Below are positions 36,010 to 40,000 of a DNA stretch of 40,000 bases, one piece after another. A model generated the notes under the pieces. The model was not told the origin of the DNA and did no database searches. It saw only the letters and a program-made list of their open reading frames with translations. The stretch spans positions 1 through 40,000 of the forward strand of contig JAPEVH010000061.1 in assembly GCA_026645415.1 (NCBI GenBank). The letters are read 5' to 3'. Both the position numbers and the translations under genes were made by a program. Each line of letters starts with the position of its first letter. Positions within the stretch are counted from its first letter, which is position 1. The stretch is from Candidatus Electronema sp. Lineage in GTDB: Bacteria > Desulfobacterota > Desulfobulbia > Desulfobulbales > Desulfobulbaceae.

Positions 36010-37191
36010 TCAGGAAACTACACTTTGTTTATTAAGTGATGAATACACAATATATTGCACAATTTTTGAATGCAGCATATATGATTCAACAATACTCTCT
36101 ACTTGACTGAAACATCTCTTTCGTAAAGTTGCATCTGTCAATAATTGATCGATTTTCAGACGAAAATCTTTAAATGTACTGGCGAAAAATAATTCTTCTG
36201 GAGCCTTGTTCCACCAAAAAGTGTCTACATTTGGTTTGTCCATTAAAGGAATAGAACCTAATGCAACAGCTTCATAATGCCGAAAACAGTCCCAGCCACC
36301 GCCAGAGATAGAAAGAGTAATTTTACTTCGAGCAATAGTTTTGCAATATTCTACAAAAGGAAGTGAGTCAGCTATGACAATATTCCAGTCTGTTGCTTGA
36401 GTTAACTCGTGTAAATATTCTAAAAATTTTATTCTGACAGTGCTAGTTGCTGCCCCACAGTAAAATATATCGATATTCTGTTTATCACTCCGTATTTTTT
36501 TGAGTGAATAATATTTCTTATTTTCTATTCCTAAAGGAATATTTATAACTTTTTCGCATATAGGAGATAGTTTTTCACGCCAAAGCCGCCAAGGTGCAGG
36601 ACGTTCCTGATAGTAAAGAAAAAACCGATTAAATGGCAGTTCACGTTTATAGTAAGACGAACAGACTTGCAGTAATTCTTGACCAGAAGGTGGCAGGCAT
36701 ATCCAGTCATCTAAATCAATTACAGCAAGTGGAATCTTGTTAGAGAGTGCGGAAGGTGTGAATGGTATTCCTTGTATATAATTAAGTTCTTCGAGAATCT
36801 CTGATGTATTTTTTCTGAAAAAAAACTTTACTTGTCCAAATAGGTTCCGTATTTTTTTCAGTCGGTTCATCTGCATATAACTAAACAAACTGGCATTGTA
36901 ATCAAGCAGTAGAATAATATCAAAAAAATGCTGGTCTATCTTTTTTTTAAGTTCCTTTTTTGTTGCAATAAGATTCCGTTGCAGATGCTCTCGCGCTTCG
37001 GCTTGGTCATAGAGCTTATTCAGCTTATCCAGTCTATTGTCTGGGATAGGAGGGTACTGCATAAAATCAAAACTGGCGTAATGTAAACCTCCAGTAATAA
37101 ATGCAGCAAATGTAGCTTGAGTGGATGATCTGAGGAAAAGGATCTTTGGCCTAGAAAGACGTTTTGATTGGTCTGGATCAGACATTACCAT
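36010..37191 (-). CDS. Putative glycosyltransferase (GT1/exostosin-like C-terminal motif), otherwise uncharacterised
   Basis: 393 aa. The C-terminal SISGGGWDCFRHYEAVALGSIPLM resembles the sugar-nucleotide-binding region of GT-B / exostosin-like enzymes. There is no other motif, so the call rests on context. Confidence 0.4.
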   Translation of the reverse strand: MVMSDPDQSKRLSRPKILFLRSSTQATFAAFITGGLHYASFDFMQYPPIPDNRLDKLNKLYDQAEAREHLQRNLIATKKELKKKIDQHFFDIILLLDYNASLFSYMQMNRLKKIRNLFGQVKFFFRKNTSEILEELNYIQGIPFTPSALSNKIPLAVIDLDDWICLPPSGQELLQVCSSYYKRELPFNRFFLYYQERPAPWRLWREKLSPICEKVINIPLGIENKKYYSLKKIRSDKQNIDIFYCGAATSTVRIKFLEYLHELTQATDWNIVIADSLPFVEYCKTIARSKITLSISGGGWDCFRHYEAVALGSIPLMDKPNVDTFWWNKAPEELFFASTFKDFRLKIDQLLTDATLRKRCFSQVESIVESYMLHSKIVQYIVYSSLNKQSVVS

Positions 37192-38038
37192 TGACTGATT
37201 CAGTCTTTTTTTTCAGAAAAATTCTCTGCAAGTATCGTAAGGGCAAAAGAAAATAATATCCTAACCTGTATTCTAAAGATGCTGCTAAAGCATTACGTTG
37301 TTCTTTCATCGACAGTACTTCTTTGTCTTTCTTCAATACAACCAGATCGAGATATTTACCAAATACATCTTGATGATTTCTGATAACATGACCAAGAGAT
37401 GCTTCCCGCTGACTATTTAACTTTGTCCTTCTTGAATCGTCCTGCCAATTGTAGAAAAATAGATATTCTTTAATAATATGAACTATCCAACCTCTTTTAG
37501 TTACATCAAGCCAAAAATTCCAATCTTCATAGCCTGATGTCTTCATGCTTTCATCATAACCGTCGGTCTGCTCCCAGCATACTTTACGCATCAAGGCACT
37601 ACCTGTTAATCCAGAAGGAGAAAGGAATGTACACACGTCTCCTCCTTTTGGCATTTTCCTTCCTGAATCAAGCCCGAAATGTTGAATGCCGCAAGCTACC
37701 ACACCAACATGCTCTTGTTGCTCAAGAATCCTGATTCCTTTTTCTAAAAAAATAGGGTGATAGTAATCATCGGCATCTAAAACAAGAATGTATTCCCCTT
37801 CGGCTTGGCTGATTCCAAAATTTCGTGCTGCGGAAGGGCCTTGATTGACTGTGTGTAAAACGCTTGTTTTTGGTTTATCAATTTTTTTTAATGTATCTAC
37901 AGTAAAAGGATCTGTTGAACCATCGTTTACTATGATTATTTCAACATCTTTAAATGTTTGCGCAAGTATAGAATCGACAGCTTTGTCGATATATTGACCA
38001 TGATTGTAACATGGAATGACAACGCTTACTCTTGGCAT
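37178..38038 (-). CDS. Glycosyltransferase family 2
   Basis: 286 aa with VSVVIPCYNHGQYIDKAVDSILAQTFKDVEIIIVNDGSTD and the DxD motif LVLDADD. Confidence 0.85.
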   Translation of the reverse strand: MPRVSVVIPCYNHGQYIDKAVDSILAQTFKDVEIIIVNDGSTDPFTVDTLKKIDKPKTSVLHTVNQGPSAARNFGISQAEGEYILVLDADDYYHPIFLEKGIRILEQQEHVGVVACGIQHFGLDSGRKMPKGGDVCTFLSPSGLTGSALMRKVCWEQTDGYDESMKTSGYEDWNFWLDVTKRGWIVHIIKEYLFFYNWQDDSRRTKLNSQREASLGHVIRNHQDVFGKYLDLVVLKKDKEVLSMKEQRNALAASLEYRLGYYFLLPLRYLQRIFLKKKTESVNGNV

Positions 38039-38047
38039 TACAAAGAA

Positions 38048-38794
38048 CTAATAGCCTCTCGTGCCTAATTTGTTCTCGAAATAGTCAATAACAGTTCTTT
38101 TCGCACGATATGCCATAGAAAAATGCCTATTTCTAATACTTTCTATTTCTTTTTTACTCAGCTTTGTTCCTAATTCCGTAGAGCTGATTCCATCAAATGG
38201 ATAGTTTGCAATACATTTTTTTATAAATTCTAAACTTACGCCTCTATTAATTACTCTTAAAAAAAAATCCCAGTCGCCATATATCTTGTATCCCTGATCA
38301 TAACCTCCATGTTTATCAAAAAGTTCTCTTTTAATAAATGTTGCCTGATGATGCAATGTTCTATGATAGAGAAATTTTTTTCTCACATCCTGAAGATCGA
38401 GCCGTCTGAGTTTTGGAGTTTTATTAAATTTTTCTGGATAAATAACTGTCAGCCATCCTGCAACTAAATCGCCTTTCAGTTGCGTTGCAGCTTCTGCCAA
38501 GACAGTATCATCATATAACCAATCGCCTGAATTGAGGAAAAGGCAGTATTCTCCCTGTGCTAAAGCAATTCCTTTGTTCATAGCATGATAAATACCGTCA
38601 TCAGGCTCAGAGATGAGATGCGTAAGGGCAGCATTTTTTTGAGCAATAGCAAGAGAGTTATCTTGAGATGCCCCGTCAATAACAATCCATTCAAAATTCT
38701 TATATGTTTGCGTCTGAATAGATTGAGAGGTATTTGCAAGCCCCTGCTCATTATTCAGACAGACAGTGATAATTGAATATAAGGGCTTGTTCAT
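38048..38794 (-). CDS. Glycosyltransferase family 2 (short WcaE-like type)
   Basis: 248 aa with YSIITVCLNNEQGLANTSQSIQTQTYKNFEWIVIDGASQD and FLNSGD. Confidence 0.85.
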   Translation of the reverse strand: MNKPLYSIITVCLNNEQGLANTSQSIQTQTYKNFEWIVIDGASQDNSLAIAQKNAALTHLISEPDDGIYHAMNKGIALAQGEYCLFLNSGDWLYDDTVLAEAATQLKGDLVAGWLTVIYPEKFNKTPKLRRLDLQDVRKKFLYHRTLHHQATFIKRELFDKHGGYDQGYKIYGDWDFFLRVINRGVSLEFIKKCIANYPFDGISSTELGTKLSKKEIESIRNRHFSMAYRAKRTVIDYFENKLGTRGY

Positions 38795-38844
38795 AGAATA
38801 ACTCAGAATAGCTGTCCAATATCAGAAAGGTTATTCTATAACAA

Positions 38845-39765
38845 TCAACCTTTCATAGCTTTTAATTGAATTAACCCACTACCATAACAAAGCTTTGCTA
38901 TCTCAGAGTCATATTCACAATAGAGCGGACTGAGAAAACGTCGCATATTTTTTAAATACGGATAACGGGTAAGTCGCTCTATTTGGTGGAACCCCTCCTC
39001 TTCCAAGCAAGCGCGTAATTGTTCTTCAGTATGCTCGTGGTATGCTGGAGCTGCAATACGATCTTGAATAGTGAGCACTAAATCATCATCAACAAGCTCA
39101 TCAACAAGATTGACAGGAATCTTCTTTCCAAAAGAATCTCCATGCCTCTCCATACTGGCAAAAATTTCCAGAATTCCTTGCTGAAGTTTTTGCGCAGTTA
39201 AGTTGTCGACAATGCCTTTAAAGCTCTCATCTTGACTATATTTTTCTCGAAAGAAAGAGGTCATTTCACGAACAAGTCCACCTGCTCCGTAGGTGTGAAT
39301 ATAGAGCACTTCTCCTATCTTTGTTACTCGACCAAGCTCTTGTAATCCTTGGAACACATCAGCAGAATGATGGAGTACACCACCGCAATGGACAAAGTCA
39401 AAGCTGTTGTCCGCAAAAGATATATTGAGGACATTGCCGGTGCTCAATTCATAGTGACTGCTAGGAAACTCTTTTAGCATCCTAGGAGCTGTTTCATAGA
39501 TACTTTCATCAAGATCAAAGGCATATACTTTCTTTGCTCCCATCTTGAGCATGGCATAGGTGGCATTGGCATTAGAGCCGCAGCCTGCATCCAAGCATAT
39601 TTTTCCACGAAAAAAGTCTTCAGGAACATTCAGATAGTCTGTTGACAGTAGTGAAGTCAGGCGCTGAAAAATATACGTACTATCTGCTTGGGCACTGTGG
39701 AGCTTATGAAAAAGTTGCCGAGTATCTTTTTCAAATTTTTCTCTGTTGTTTTGCGTGGTATCCAT
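38845..39765 (-). CDS. Class I SAM-dependent methyltransferase
   Basis: 306 aa. SAM motif I is CLDAGCGSNANATYAMLKMGAKKVYAFD, followed by FDFVHCGGVLHH. Confidence 0.8.
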   Translation of the reverse strand: MDTTQNNREKFEKDTRQLFHKLHSAQADSTYIFQRLTSLLSTDYLNVPEDFFRGKICLDAGCGSNANATYAMLKMGAKKVYAFDLDESIYETAPRMLKEFPSSHYELSTGNVLNISFADNSFDFVHCGGVLHHSADVFQGLQELGRVTKIGEVLYIHTYGAGGLVREMTSFFREKYSQDESFKGIVDNLTAQKLQQGILEIFASMERHGDSFGKKIPVNLVDELVDDDLVLTIQDRIAAPAYHEHTEEQLRACLEEEGFHQIERLTRYPYLKNMRRFLSPLYCEYDSEIAKLCYGSGLIQLKAMKG

Positions 39766-39803
39766 AAGACCTTATCAGCAGTTCGCAGAATAATACAGAA
39801 CAG

Positions 39804-40000
39804 TTAATTTCCTGCCTGCTTCGTAAGAATAAAATCACCCAAAACCAAGCAGTTCATGCCATTGCCAAGAAAACAGCGAATCGCATCTGTAGGGGTGTTG
39901 ACTATTGGTTCACCTTTGATATTGAACGAGGTGTTAATGACCATAGGAATACCAGTCAGTTTTTTGAACTCGCTAATGAGACGGTGATATTTTGGATTAC
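39804..40000 (-). CDS. Carbamoyltransferase (NodU/CmcH family), C-terminal 64 aa only; the gene continues beyond the window
   Basis: This is my own translation of the - strand and is not in the ORF track: NPKYHRLISEFKKLTGIPMVINTSFNIKGEPIVNTPTDAIRCFLGNGMNCLVLGDFILTKQAGN*. The NTSFN..GEPIV..P.DA motif is the conserved carbamoyltransferase C-terminus. Confidence 0.8.
   Translation of the reverse strand, partial: NPKYHRLISEFKKLTGIPMVINTSFNIKGEPIVNTPTDAIRCFLGNGMNCLVLGDFILTKQAGN

Overview
This is a 40-kb chromosomal window, apparently from a Gram-negative bacterium: it has a lipobox lipoprotein, Aat, and a periplasmic peptidoglycan-binding protein. I found no rRNA, tRNA, CRISPR array, integrase or transposase. 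Housekeeping genes (alaS 3' end, gpmI, rsfS, topB, hisI, aat) are interleaved with accessory blocks of visibly lower G+C.

(1) At 1.26-11.0 kb on the + strand, a divergent beta-ketoacyl synthase is translationally coupled to alaS. A low-GC operon follows, encoding a Ddl-like ATP-grasp ligase fused to a DmpA/S58 Ntn-aminopeptidase and an HDAC/acetylpolyamine-amidohydrolase-like enzyme. After it come a stand-alone carrier protein and two CrtI-like flavoenzymes. Three small genes sit between the flavoenzymes: an orphan, CSD-DUF1294, and a PAS protein with a Cys-rich tail.

(2) At 13.2-14.5 kb on the - strand, a very AT-rich two-gene cassette lies between rsfS and topB. It encodes a 311-aa orphan and a small multi-TM protein. 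A RelE/ParE-type toxin-antitoxin pair sits about 2.8 kb away. I consider this cassette the best candidate for an undescribed defence or abortive-infection module.

(3) At 18.3-27.3 kb there are envelope genes: DUF456, a coiled-coil anchor protein, a TPR lipoprotein, an FG-GAP protein co-operonic with an AlsS-like TPP enzyme and aat, and a protein with ten 23-aa repeats ending in a PG-binding domain.

(4) At 27.6-40.0 kb on the - strand there is a tightly packed glycan locus. It encodes an aldolase/SDR fusion, GT4, two sulfotransferases, two SAM methyltransferases, an acyltransferase-3, two GT2s, two poorly defined transferase-like proteins and a carbamoyltransferase that runs off the window.

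All calls rest on motif recognition by eye. No database searches were run, and G+C values are hand counts of single 60-nt lines.
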